The notes under the pieces were generated by a model. That model saw nothing but the letters and a program-made list of their open reading frames with translations, had not been told where the DNA came from and did no database searches. This document shows positions 20,339 to 29,691 of a stretch of 64,000 nt of DNA, one piece after another. Every line of letters starts with the position of its first letter. Positions within the stretch are counted from its first letter, which is position 1. Source of the DNA: Gemmatimonadota bacterium (GTDB lineage Bacteria > Gemmatimonadota > Gemmatimonadetes > Longimicrobiales > RSA9); assembly GCA_040905425.1 (NCBI GenBank), contig JBBDRO010000080.1, forward strand, positions 31,809 through 95,808, read 5' to 3'. A program made the translations under genes and the position numbers.

Positions 20339-20372
20339 GCGGTATATACCGCCGACGGGTGGCCGGTGTCCA
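20339..20372 (-). promoter_or_regulatory. Candidate sigma-70 promoter for the aroC operon overlapping a perfect palindrome
   Basis: Minus strand TGGACA-N18-TATATA; GCGGTATATACCGC (20339-20352) is self-complementary. Confidence 0.4.
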
Positions 20373-20470
20373 GCCATGCACCGCGCCCGGCGAGCGAGGG
20401 CCGGTCCACGGAGGGCGCACGAGGCGGTCCCCATCCGCGGCCCGACCCGCGCCCCGCACGGGGAACGGCT

Positions 20471-20502
20471 GCCGGGCCGGGAGAGCTTCCCCCCGGCCCG
20501 GC
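20471..20502 (-). terminator. GC-rich hairpin just after the giant lipoprotein gene
   Basis: 11-bp stem GCCGGGCCGGG/CCCGGCCCGGC a few nt past the stop; no clear U-tract. Confidence 0.45.
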
Positions 20503-20508
20503 CGTGCG

Positions 20509-23500
20509 TCAGTTGTTGATGTCCTTCTCGCGCACGTTGACGATCACCACGCGGCCGCCGGCGGTGACACCCGCCAGCTTCACCACGATGAAGTTCGGGT
20601 CACCGGGCACCAGACCCACATTCTCGGCCGCGTTCGGCAGATACGCGCGCAGCGGTCCGGTGATGTTGTCCCGGATGGCAATCTCGCCGCGCTCGTAGAA
20701 GTGCACGGTGTCAATGATCTTGATGGTCTGGTTCGGCGTCCCTACGAAGGAGAGCCGTTCCGACGCGGGCGGCACGTCGGTGGCGTGCAGCGGATGCAGC
20801 GCGGCACCGCCCCCGCCCCCGGCTATCCCGCTCGTGAACTGCCCCTGCAGGCGCAGTTCCTCGTCGAAGTAGTAGACGTTGTCCGAGCCGCGGGCCACGC
20901 CCAGCAGACCGTCCTGGTTGAGCCCCAGACCCAGCACCCGTTCGCTGGCGTTGTTGATGAGGTCCTGCACGGCCACCTGGTCGCTCACCCCGAACTGGAT
21001 GAAGCCGCCTACGCCGAAGCTCACGTCGCAGCAGAGAATGATGCGACCCGTGGGATCACTCGCGCCCTCGCCGAAGGCAATCGTGTTGCGATCCCCCGAG
21101 GCGGCCACGAAGGTGGTATCCGAGAGGGCATAGGCGTCAATGTTCCAGCCGGCGCCCGCCACCCAGGCCACGTCGGAGCCCTTGGCCTGCAGATCCGTCA
21201 ACGCCGTGTTGATGGGCAGCGCAGCCGACTGCAGGAACGAACCGGGCTGGCCCGGGACGTGGTCGTACAGGATGATCAGATCGTCGCTGCTCACGCCGCC
21301 CACGATCGACAGGCTGTCGATGTACGCCACCGCCCACGTGTCATCCGTGGACGTGACCGCCTCGCGGTTGTAGAGCAGCTTCACCTCGGGTTCGTCATCG
21401 GCGATCCCGTTCTGGTTGGGATCCGTGTCCACGAAGCGGATCGTGCCCGGCGTGGCCGAGCTGGTCGGCACCGTGGAGTAGAGCAGCGTGCCGTTGGCGT
21501 GCTGCGCGATGAACTGTGGCCGGTCACTGAAGTCGTGCCATTCCGCCGAGTAGCGGACCAGACCGTTGGACCGCCCCGCGATCACCGTGAACAGCACGTT
21601 GTTCGGCGTGCGGATGCGGCGGCCGACATCCTCCTCGAGGTCGTCCGCCTGGGCGTCATCGATCACCACGTGGGAGATGTTCGTGCCGCCCGAGTTGGCC
21701 ACGATGAGCGTGTCCCCCGTGTTGTTGATGACCATGCCCCACGGCGCGGCGCCCACGAGTCCCTTGCCCGAAGCCGAGCCGGTGGCCACGAACGTGGTGT
21801 CACTCAGGCGGAGCACGTCCACCTTGTTGTTGCTGATGTTGGACATGTAGAGGCGCTGGCGCGGCACGTCCACGACCGCGTCGGCAATGGTACCGCCGTC
21901 CGGCAGCGCCACGCTCGAGCCGGCGGTCACGGTGACCACGGTCTGGAGACCACCCGCATTCAGCGCGGTATAGTAGTTCGTACCGGCGTCCACCACGGTG
22001 TCACATGCCAGCGACGGCACGAAGGTGGTGGACACGCTGGCGCCGCAGTTGCCCGCCGTGTCCACGGCGAAGGCGTGCGCCTGGAGCGTGAACCTGCGCG
22101 GCAGCTCCCAGTCCAGCAGTTCGTGGAACGCCTCACTCAGGCGGAACGTCAACACCCGGGTGGGTGAACCCGTCAGGCCTGGCGTGAACGTGTCGCTGGC
22201 CATGTAGAAGGTGTCCCGCGCCACGGTGGACGTGTCGGGGATGGCAATGACCACCGCACCCATGCGGCGGATGCCGCTACCGCCGTTGTCCGTGGCCGTC
22301 ACGGAGACGGTGATCGAGTCATCCAGCTCGATGCGGGTGCCCGGCGGGGTGATGGTGAGCAGCACCTGCGGCTTCGTGGTGTCGGCCACCGCCGTCTGCG
22401 TCACCTCCACCGAGATGCCCTCCGCCGCCACGCCGGCAATGCCATTCCGGTTCCATGCGGTGCCGTTGATGGTGAGCGTACCCGTCGTGTTGGCCACGAT
22501 GAGGGTGGTGTCCCGCGTGACGTCGGTGGCCGGCGCCAGGTTGCGCCAGTAGAAGGTCGTGTCCATCACGCCGGTGACACTGATGCGCATGCTGTCCAGG
22601 CCCACCGCGGCGTCCTCTGCCCGGATCTGCAACGAGAGCTGCCCGCCCGCCTGTACCACGGAGCCCGGATTGGTGAGCGTCACCCGCGGGCCGCCCACGC
22701 TGACGTCCACGGTGTCGGTGCCCACGTTGCCCAGACTGTCCGTGGCCTGGACCACGATGTAGACCACCTCTGAGACCGTGTCCGCGGTGGCCAGCAGGTA
22801 GCGGCTCACCGTGGTGTCGGTGGGCAGCGTGGTCTGCGGCGCCTGCGGGAAGGTGATGGTCTTCTCCACGAGCTTGTCCACGACCTGGGTGTTCGCGAAG
22901 GGGTCCTGCCGGATGGCAATCCCCTTCATGCTGATGCTCTTGATGCCGGTGAGGTCGGAGACCCCGACGGTCACCAGCACGCTGTCTCCCAGGGGGTAGG
23001 TGGCCCCTGAACCGGGCGCCAGGATGTTGACCACCGGCACGCCCGAATCCACCACCGTGAGCGCCTGCAGGCTGGAGATGCCGCGCAGGCCCGCCGCGTC
23101 GAAGGCTATACCCAGGACGTTGTAGGTCCCTGGCTGCAGCGCGAACGGGACGGTGAACGTGAAGGTGGTGTCCTTGCGAATCCCCGCCGTGTTCACGACG
23201 GTCGGGATCCCACCGATGGTATCGCCGGCCGAGGTGAGTACGGCGTAGCCCACCCGGCCCAGCCCCACGTTGTCGGCGGCCTGTACCCGGATGGAAATCG
23301 TGCTGCCTGAGCCGACCGAACCCGGCGCGACCGTGGAACTCACGGTGGGACCGGTGACGTCCCGAACCTTCACCGTAGTCTCCCGTACGGCACTCACCTC
23401 GCCAGCCTCGTCCGTGGCCGTGGCGCGCACGATCAGGAGCGTGTCCGGGATCTCCACCGGGAGGGACACGGACGCGTCCACCGTGACGTTGTTGCGTGAC

Positions 23501-24729
23501 GGGCTGATGGGGAACTCCAGGTCCTCCGTGGCCGCGCCGCGGAACGTGATGTTCACCCTGGTGAGCGGCCGCACGCCGCTGGCCACCACCCGTACGTCCA
23601 CGACCTGGCCGCCGCGCGGGTCGGCCGTCAGGATGGTCAGCGATTCCACCACCGGCGCGCCGGTGTTGATGGCGATGGTGGCGGAGACCGGCGCGCTCAC
23701 CGCGCCGCCCACGTCCACCGCGAAGGCGCGAACGCGCAGTTCGGGATCCGTCACGTCACCCGGAATGGGGATCGAGATGCTACGCGTCAACGACGCGGCG
23801 GCCGGATTCACCTCCACGACCGTGTCCCGGCTGATGGCGCCGCGCAGCTCGAAGCGCAGGCTGGCCACCTTGCGGACGGCCGATGCGGTGATCTCCAGGT
23901 CCGCCCGGCCGCCCGGCTGGGCGCTGGCCGGCGCCACCATGCTGAGCGTGGGGCCCGGCACGGCGAGCGGGATCTCGAGCACCGTGGCCGGGCTCGTGAG
24001 GCCGCTCTCGTCCCGCGCGGCCACGGCCAGGCGGAGCACCGTGTCCTGCACCACGTCCGGCACGCTCAGCGTCACCTCACGGGAGACCGTGCGGGAGCTG
24101 GGCGAGATGGTGATGGTCTGATCCTCGGTGAACGCACCGCTCGCGGACACCAGCAGGGTCGAGATCGGACGGCCGCCGCTGGCCGTAATGGTGAACGTGA
24201 AGGCCGTGCCCACGCGTGCGCTGTCCGGCGCGCCGACCACCTGCACGGCGGGCGGTCCGACCACGATGACGGTATCCGTGTAAATGCGGCTCACCGCGCC
24301 GATGCGATCCACGGCGGACGCCTGCACGACCAGAATGCTGTCCTGCACCGTCGTGGGCAGGGCCAGGGAAATGAGCTCCGTGACCTGGCTGGCCGGCGAG
24401 GCGATGGTGATGAGTGTGTCGCGTGAGAACGCACCGCTCACCGAGAAGTTGATTTCCGTCACCTCCCGTGGAGCCGCCGCGGTCACGCGGATACCGATCG
24501 TATCCCCCGCCACCGCCGACCCCGGACCCGCCACCTCCACGATGCGTGGCTGCAGGGTGGGGCTGTCGCCGCTGAAGAGGTTGTCCCCGTCGCAGGCGCC
24601 CAGGACCATCAGCGCCGACAAAGCGCTGGCGGCCAGAATGGCGCGCCGACTCACGGGCGCGGTGGCGCCCCCGTGGCGGGAAGGTCGGGCGCTCGAAGCA
24701 CCCGCGTCGGTGTGGTAGCTCACGTTCAT
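20509..24729 (-). CDS. 1406-aa surface lipoprotein: tandem Ig-like domains plus C-terminal YVTN-like beta-propeller
   Basis: SRRAILAA...MVLGAC signal; ~100-aa Val/Thr/Ser-rich repeats ending A-x-D-x-x-G; RLYMSN/APWGM/LIVANSGG propeller-like blades. Confidence 0.8.
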   Translation of the reverse strand: MNVSYHTDAGASSARPSRHGGATAPVSRRAILAASALSALMVLGACDGDNLFSGDSPTLQPRIVEVAGPGSAVAGDTIGIRVTAAAPREVTEINFSVSGAFSRDTLITIASPASQVTELISLALPTTVQDSILVVQASAVDRIGAVSRIYTDTVIVVGPPAVQVVGAPDSARVGTAFTFTITASGGRPISTLLVSASGAFTEDQTITISPSSRTVSREVTLSVPDVVQDTVLRLAVAARDESGLTSPATVLEIPLAVPGPTLSMVAPASAQPGGRADLEITASAVRKVASLRFELRGAISRDTVVEVNPAAASLTRSISIPIPGDVTDPELRVRAFAVDVGGAVSAPVSATIAINTGAPVVESLTILTADPRGGQVVDVRVVASGVRPLTRVNITFRGAATEDLEFPISPSRNNVTVDASVSLPVEIPDTLLIVRATATDEAGEVSAVRETTVKVRDVTGPTVSSTVAPGSVGSGSTISIRVQAADNVGLGRVGYAVLTSAGDTIGGIPTVVNTAGIRKDTTFTFTVPFALQPGTYNVLGIAFDAAGLRGISSLQALTVVDSGVPVVNILAPGSGATYPLGDSVLVTVGVSDLTGIKSISMKGIAIRQDPFANTQVVDKLVEKTITFPQAPQTTLPTDTTVSRYLLATADTVSEVVYIVVQATDSLGNVGTDTVDVSVGGPRVTLTNPGSVVQAGGQLSLQIRAEDAAVGLDSMRISVTGVMDTTFYWRNLAPATDVTRDTTLIVANTTGTLTINGTAWNRNGIAGVAAEGISVEVTQTAVADTTKPQVLLTITPPGTRIELDDSITVSVTATDNGGSGIRRMGAVVIAIPDTSTVARDTFYMASDTFTPGLTGSPTRVLTFRLSEAFHELLDWELPRRFTLQAHAFAVDTAGNCGASVSTTFVPSLACDTVVDAGTNYYTALNAGGLQTVVTVTAGSSVALPDGGTIADAVVDVPRQRLYMSNISNNKVDVLRLSDTTFVATGSASGKGLVGAAPWGMVINNTGDTLIVANSGGTNISHVVIDDAQADDLEEDVGRRIRTPNNVLFTVIAGRSNGLVRYSAEWHDFSDRPQFIAQHANGTLLYSTVPTSSATPGTIRFVDTDPNQNGIADDEPEVKLLYNREAVTSTDDTWAVAYIDSLSIVGGVSSDDLIILYDHVPGQPGSFLQSAALPINTALTDLQAKGSDVAWVAGAGWNIDAYALSDTTFVAASGDRNTIAFGEGASDPTGRIILCCDVSFGVGGFIQFGVSDQVAVQDLINNASERVLGLGLNQDGLLGVARGSDNVYYFDEELRLQGQFTSGIAGGGGGAALHPLHATDVPPASERLSFVGTPNQTIKIIDTVHFYERGEIAIRDNITGPLRAYLPNAAENVGLVPGDPNFIVVKLAGVTAGGRVVIVNVREKDINN

Positions 24730-24792
24730 GAGTCGATCCTATTCAACCGGTGGCCGAAATCCGGGGAGACCGGACATACCGCCGGAGCCGCG

Positions 24793-26613
24793 TTAATCTT
24801 CAGGTATGATGTAGGGCGTGACCGTGATGATGAGGTCACGCTTGTTCACCCGTTCCGTGGTGTTGCGGAAGAGCGCGCCGATGACCGGCAGATCCATGAG
24901 GATCGGAATCCCCTGGCGGATCCGGCTCTCCTCCTCGATGGTGAGCCCGGCGATGACCACCGTCTCCCCGTCCCGGACCGTCACTTCGGTGTCCGCCAGC
25001 TGCGTGGCGAACGTGATCCCCAGATCACCGGGCGCCAGTGCGATGTTGGAACGCTCGGCGTGGATCACCATGCGCACGTTGTCACCCGTCACGTGCGGCG
25101 TTACCCGCAGGATCACACCCGTATTCTCGAACTGGACCGTGGCGCGGGGTGCCTGCGCCCCCTCCCCGCCGCCGCCGGCCGCGCCATAATCCGCCACCCG
25201 TACGGGCGTACGTTCACCCACCTGGATGTTGGCCAGGCGGTGGTTCATGACGGTGACCATGGGCTCCGCCTGGATGTCACTCAGGCTGAGGTCCTGAAGC
25301 GCCTGCAGGAAGGTGATCAGCGTGTGCCTGCCGAGCACCAGGGAGGTCACCACCTCGAGCGGGCTGCCCGCGGCCCGGGCGGCCGCGTTGCCGAGGGCGG
25401 CGATCGAGTTGCCGCCCAGCAGCACCACGCTCTGGTCCGTGGCCTCGTCCGGCTCCAGCACGCCGTTGTTGTTGGCGTCGCGAAACCCGCCGACGAGCTC
25501 GTTGAGCTGGTTACCCTGGGAGTCCTTGAGGTCGTAGATCACCCCGAGGTTCTCCAGCGCCGTACGATCCACGAAGGTGATGCTGGCCTTGATGCCCACC
25601 TGGATGGCGGGCACGTCGAGGCTCTCGATCACGTTCGCGATGCGCGCCAGCCGGGACGGGAAGTCGGTGACCACGAGGGCGTTGCTCGCCGTCACCACGG
25701 CCACGCTACCCGTGTCACTCACCATCTGGCGGATCTGTGGCGCGAGCGAATCCACGCTCTGGTACTTCATTTCGAAGGTGCGCGTCTCCAGGTTCTCGGC
25801 CACCTGGGCGCGCTGCGCCGCGGACTCGGCGGAGACGATCTGCAGGATGTTGTTCTGATCCTCCAGCAGCGCCATGTCATTGGCGCGCAGGATGGATTCA
25901 AAGGCCTGGCGCCAGGGAAGGTCGCCGCGGATCTGCGCTGTGATGACTCTGTCCCTTACGTCACTGGCCACCACGATCGTGCGATCCACGATGTCCATCA
26001 GGACGTTGGCAATGTCCGCCACGGAGCGCTGCACGAACTCGATCTCGATGCGCAGCTCTTGGGGCTCCTGCGGGTCCTGCAGGAGGAGTGGGGCCGTGAG
26101 CGGGACCGTTGCGGGCGCGTTGGCGCGCTCGCGCTCCGTGTCCAGCCGGAGATCCGCGGCCGCGGCGGGTGGTACGGCTGCCGCGGCTTCCCGCACCGTG
26201 GCGGCCAGGATGTCCTCCACGTCACCCGTGGTCCAGGGCTCGAAGGACGCACCCTCGTGGGGGAAGGAAACCCGCACCTGCCCGGGGGCATGGCTCACCC
26301 GATAGCTTACCGGGCCGTCCAGGTCGATGACCACCCGCACCGTGGCGTTGTCGAACTGCGCCACGCGGAGGGAGCGGACGCCGCCGCGGTTGATGCCCGT
26401 GTAATCCCGCTTCTCGGCCGTGCCCGCCATGTCGATCACGATGCGCGCCGGGCTGCCGAGCTGGAAGTCCGTGGCCGTGATGGCTCCATCCACGGCGATC
26501 ACCACCTCGGTGCTGCCGCTGCCGGGCACGACGCCGAGGCCGCGAACCGCCGGCAGGTCATGCGCCAGGGGTGGCGCCAGCAGCGCCGCCAGAAATGCTA
26601 TGAGAGCTGTCAT
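24793..26613 (-). CDS. pilQ: Type IV pilus secretin PilQ with AMIN domain
   Basis: AMIN (SPARIVID, VRVVIDL); secretin motifs ANIQVGERTP, GVILRVTPHV, GIPILMDLPVIGALF, ITVTPYI. Confidence 0.93.
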   Translation of the reverse strand: MTALIAFLAALLAPPLAHDLPAVRGLGVVPGSGSTEVVIAVDGAITATDFQLGSPARIVIDMAGTAEKRDYTGINRGGVRSLRVAQFDNATVRVVIDLDGPVSYRVSHAPGQVRVSFPHEGASFEPWTTGDVEDILAATVREAAAAVPPAAAADLRLDTERERANAPATVPLTAPLLLQDPQEPQELRIEIEFVQRSVADIANVLMDIVDRTIVVASDVRDRVITAQIRGDLPWRQAFESILRANDMALLEDQNNILQIVSAESAAQRAQVAENLETRTFEMKYQSVDSLAPQIRQMVSDTGSVAVVTASNALVVTDFPSRLARIANVIESLDVPAIQVGIKASITFVDRTALENLGVIYDLKDSQGNQLNELVGGFRDANNNGVLEPDEATDQSVVLLGGNSIAALGNAAARAAGSPLEVVTSLVLGRHTLITFLQALQDLSLSDIQAEPMVTVMNHRLANIQVGERTPVRVADYGAAGGGGEGAQAPRATVQFENTGVILRVTPHVTGDNVRMVIHAERSNIALAPGDLGITFATQLADTEVTVRDGETVVIAGLTIEEESRIRQGIPILMDLPVIGALFRNTTERVNKRDLIITVTPYIIPED

Positions 26614-27161
26614 CTTTCCATCCCTCCAGTGCTCGAGCTGCGCATGCGAAGCTGCTCCTGCCGGCGCACACCGAACTCGTCCACGCCCACGACGACTGCG
26701 CCGCGGGATATATCCAGAACGGTCACGTTGCCGAGGACGCTGCCCCGGCGCACCCGGTACACCGTACCGGCCGCGTCACGGATCTCCGCGATGCTGCGCC
26801 CCGGCTGCGCGGGCACCACGGTGGTGGACAGCAGGGTCAGCTCATCGAACGTGGGGCCCATGCCGCTGGCGGCCGAGAGCACCATGAACGGGTCGCGCCG
26901 TTCGCCACGCGGGTAGGTGTACACCTCGCGCTCGAAGAGGAAGCGCGTGGGCGTCTGGGCGTCCGCCAGGACCACCGTGTCACCTTCGACCGTGGGCAGC
27001 GTGCCGCCTCTCGCGCCCGGCGGCACCTCCGGCGGCGGAGGCCGATCCTGGCCCTGGGCCGGCGGCGGTGCGCCCTGAGCGGCGGGCGGCCCCTGCGCCC
27101 CCACCGCCGTGGCGGAGAGCAGCAGCAGGACCGCGAGTGCGGCCGTGGTATCACGGAGCAT
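26610..27161 (-). CDS. pilP: PilP-like protein
   Basis: Between pilO and pilQ; signal peptide, Pro-rich linker, RRDPF motif, YRVRRGSVLG beta domain. No lipobox Cys seen. Confidence 0.65.
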   Translation of the reverse strand: MLRDTTAALAVLLLLSATAVGAQGPPAAQGAPPPAQGQDRPPPPEVPPGARGGTLPTVEGDTVVLADAQTPTRFLFEREVYTYPRGERRDPFMVLSAASGMGPTFDELTLLSTTVVPAQPGRSIAEIRDAAGTVYRVRRGSVLGNVTVLDISRGAVVVGVDEFGVRRQEQLRMRSSSTGGMER

Positions 27162-27768
27162 CGCCGGTACCTCCCTGGGGCTCGGCCACTGCCTGGGGCG
27201 GCGGCAACACATACGTCTGGATCTTGAACTCGGCGGTCACGATGGCCTCCCCCTCCGGCGCTTCCTCGGTGGAGCGGGCCAGCTGCAGCTCAATCGGTGT
27301 GATGATGCGCTCCATGGAACCGATGCGGGACAGGAGATAGCCGATCTGGTGGTATCCCCCGCTCACCTCCACGTCGTAGAGCTGCTTGCTGTAATAGCCG
27401 GGTTCCTCGGCGGGAATGCTAACCGGGCTGATACCCACGAAGTTCAATCCCGCCTCATTGGTGAGCTCCGTGACCCGGTGGATCAATCCGGATACCTCCT
27501 CCGACTCAGGGATGAGGCCCTCGAGCATGCGGATGTGCTCCTGCACCAGCTCCACCTGCGCCTGGATGCCCTGCCCCCCCAGCTGGTTGATGCGTCCCTG
27601 GGTGGTGATGTTCTTGGACTCCAGATCGGCCACCTGGGTCTCGAGCGTCTCGATCTCGATGACCTTGCCGGGCCGCAGGAAGTAGTACCAGCCTACGAAA
27701 ATCAATAGCGGCACGAGGCCGATCAGCAGGATCTGCTGTTTCTTGGGGTCCTGTGGAAGGAGTGCCAT
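27151..27768 (-). CDS. pilO: Type IVa pilus alignment protein PilO
   Basis: N-terminal TM, coiled coil, LIPESEEVSGLI, VSGGYHQIG; operon position. Confidence 0.88.
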   Translation of the reverse strand: MALLPQDPKKQQILLIGLVPLLIFVGWYYFLRPGKVIEIETLETQVADLESKNITTQGRINQLGGQGIQAQVELVQEHIRMLEGLIPESEEVSGLIHRVTELTNEAGLNFVGISPVSIPAEEPGYYSKQLYDVEVSGGYHQIGYLLSRIGSMERIITPIELQLARSTEEAPEGEAIVTAEFKIQTYVLPPPQAVAEPQGGTGDAP

Positions 27769-27769
27769 G

Positions 27770-28432
27770 TCAGAGACCTCCTTCCACGGTCAGGATCGAC
27801 TCCAGCGTGATCACGTCTGGCGGCGGCGCCGAGTAATCGGCCTCCACCGTGAAGCTGTACACCAGCTTCTCATTGTCCAGCATCTGGTCGGTCCCGATGA
27901 AGCGCACGTCACCGATGAAATAGGACGCCGAGAGGTTGTTCATGAACGCCGTAACGGCAAACATGTTGGCCGCCTTGCCGGCGATGCTCATGCTCGGCTG
28001 CATGGGATCGGCCCCGCCCGTGATGTCCTGGACGTTGTCCAGCCACAGGTAGTCCGGTACCGCCCGGCTGATCTCATCCATCAGATGCGCCCAGTTGTAG
28101 CGCGCCTCGTCGATGGTCTCGATCACGGCCACGCGGTCGGCCACATCCCTGCGGATGGAGTCCAGCACCTGCACCTGGGCGTAGACGGCGCTCAGATTGA
28201 TGGAATCCTGCACCGCGCCGTCGTACTGTGCCTGGAGGTCCGCCAGCGTGGAGCGCTGCCCCAGGAACATCCACAGCGTGAGCGCCGGCACCACCAGCCA
28301 CATGGCCACGGCAAACGCCATCAGGCGGTCGAACTCGGGAAGCTTGGCACCCTTCAGCTTGCCGGGCAGGCCGCCGCCCGCTCGCCGTCGGCTGCGCTTG
28401 GCGGACCCGGGCAGAAGATTGATTTCAATCAT
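27770..28432 (-). CDS. pilN: Type IVa pilus alignment protein PilN
   Basis: Conserved INLLP N-terminus, TM, LMDEISRAVPDYLWL. Confidence 0.9.
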   Translation of the reverse strand: MIEINLLPGSAKRSRRRAGGGLPGKLKGAKLPEFDRLMAFAVAMWLVVPALTLWMFLGQRSTLADLQAQYDGAVQDSINLSAVYAQVQVLDSIRRDVADRVAVIETIDEARYNWAHLMDEISRAVPDYLWLDNVQDITGGADPMQPSMSIAGKAANMFAVTAFMNNLSASYFIGDVRFIGTDQMLDNEKLVYSFTVEADYSAPPPDVITLESILTVEGGL

Positions 28433-28444
28433 GCGCCTGGCCTC

Positions 28445-29482
28445 CTACCGCGCCCGGAGGGCAAGGCCCACGGGCAGCATGAGCATCGGGGCGAACTGGT
28501 CCACCGGCACCGATTCCATGACTTCCGGCCGTACCGGGACGCGCTGCAGCGGGTTGGCCATCTCCGTGCGCACGTTGAGCCGTCCGCCGAGCGCCTCCGC
28601 CATGCCACCCACGCTCGAGCCGCCGCCGGAGAGGAAGATCCGGCCGATGCCCTCGCCCCCGGACTGGGCCAGCACGAAGGCCGCGGCGCGCTCGATCCCC
28701 ACCGCCAGCTCGTCCACGCGGTCCTCCACCATGTCCCGCAGTTCGCGGGCGTCACCCTTCCCCTGCAGGAAGTCCTCGGCGCCGTCCGCGGTCATGCCGC
28801 GCTCGCGCTGCAGGGCTTCACGCAGCCGCCGGGAGCCGAAGGGGATGTCACGTACCAGGATGGGGACACCGTTCTCGAGGAGATTCACGTTGGTGGTCTC
28901 GTGGCCCACGTTCACCAGCCCCACCAGACCCTCGGAGGCATCCGGATAATTGCGCTGGAAGGCGTTGTGCAGCGCGAAGGCGTCCACGTCGATGATCACC
29001 GGATCCAGTCCCGCGTCCGCCAGCAGGCTCATCCGGTTCTCGATGAGCTCGCGCTTGGCGGCCACGAGCAGCACGGCCATCTGCGGCCCCGATCCGGCCT
29101 CGTCCAGGATCTGGAAGTCGAGCTGCACGTTCTCCATGTCGAAGGGCACGTGCTGCTCCGCCTCCCAACGGATCACCTCGCGGGCGTCGGCCTCGCTCAT
29201 GCGATCCATCTGGATCTTCTTGATGATGACGTCGTGGCCACCCACGGCCGCCACCACCTGCCTTTTCTTGAGGCCACTGCTGTCCACCACCGCGCGCACC
29301 GTTTCCGCCACGAGGACGGGGTCCATGACCTCGCCTTCCACGATGGCGTCCGGTACGAGCGGACTGGTAGCTATCTGGACGATCTCGGGCTCCGCCTTGC
29401 TGTGGTCGATGACCACGAGCTTGACGAAGCCGCTGCCGATGTCCAGACCAGCAGACACCTTGCTACGGCCAAAGAGTCCCAT
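28445..29482 (-). CDS. pilM: Type IVa pilus actin-like protein PilM
   Basis: GLDIGSGFVK, EAEQHVPF, VAAKRE, DVDAFAL, LSGGGS, VGLALR. Confidence 0.95.
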   Translation of the reverse strand: MGLFGRSKVSAGLDIGSGFVKLVVIDHSKAEPEIVQIATSPLVPDAIVEGEVMDPVLVAETVRAVVDSSGLKKRQVVAAVGGHDVIIKKIQMDRMSEADAREVIRWEAEQHVPFDMENVQLDFQILDEAGSGPQMAVLLVAAKRELIENRMSLLADAGLDPVIIDVDAFALHNAFQRNYPDASEGLVGLVNVGHETTNVNLLENGVPILVRDIPFGSRRLREALQRERGMTADGAEDFLQGKGDARELRDMVEDRVDELAVGIERAAAFVLAQSGGEGIGRIFLSGGGSSVGGMAEALGGRLNVRTEMANPLQRVPVRPEVMESVPVDQFAPMLMLPVGLALRAR

Positions 29483-29537
29483 TCAGCGGACCTGGCTAAT
29501 TGTAGGGGGGGGAGGCCCTATCAGGTATGATGTACCA

Positions 29538-29566
29538 AGGGTATGCGGCATCTGATGCGCTGTCAA
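29538..29566 (-). promoter_or_regulatory. Sigma-70-type promoter upstream of pilMNOPQ
   Basis: Minus strand TTGACA-N17-TACCCT, ~55 nt before the pilM ATG. Confidence 0.65.
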
Positions 29567-29691
29567 GGACTTTCTGCTTCTTGCATGCACGGCGCGACTG
29601 TGCGGACACCCACCTTCCGGTGTCGCCACGCCCATCTGCGCGCTTGTTCGCCAACGTGCGTTCATGCCCATGTCGCGTCCGTTCAGCCCTT

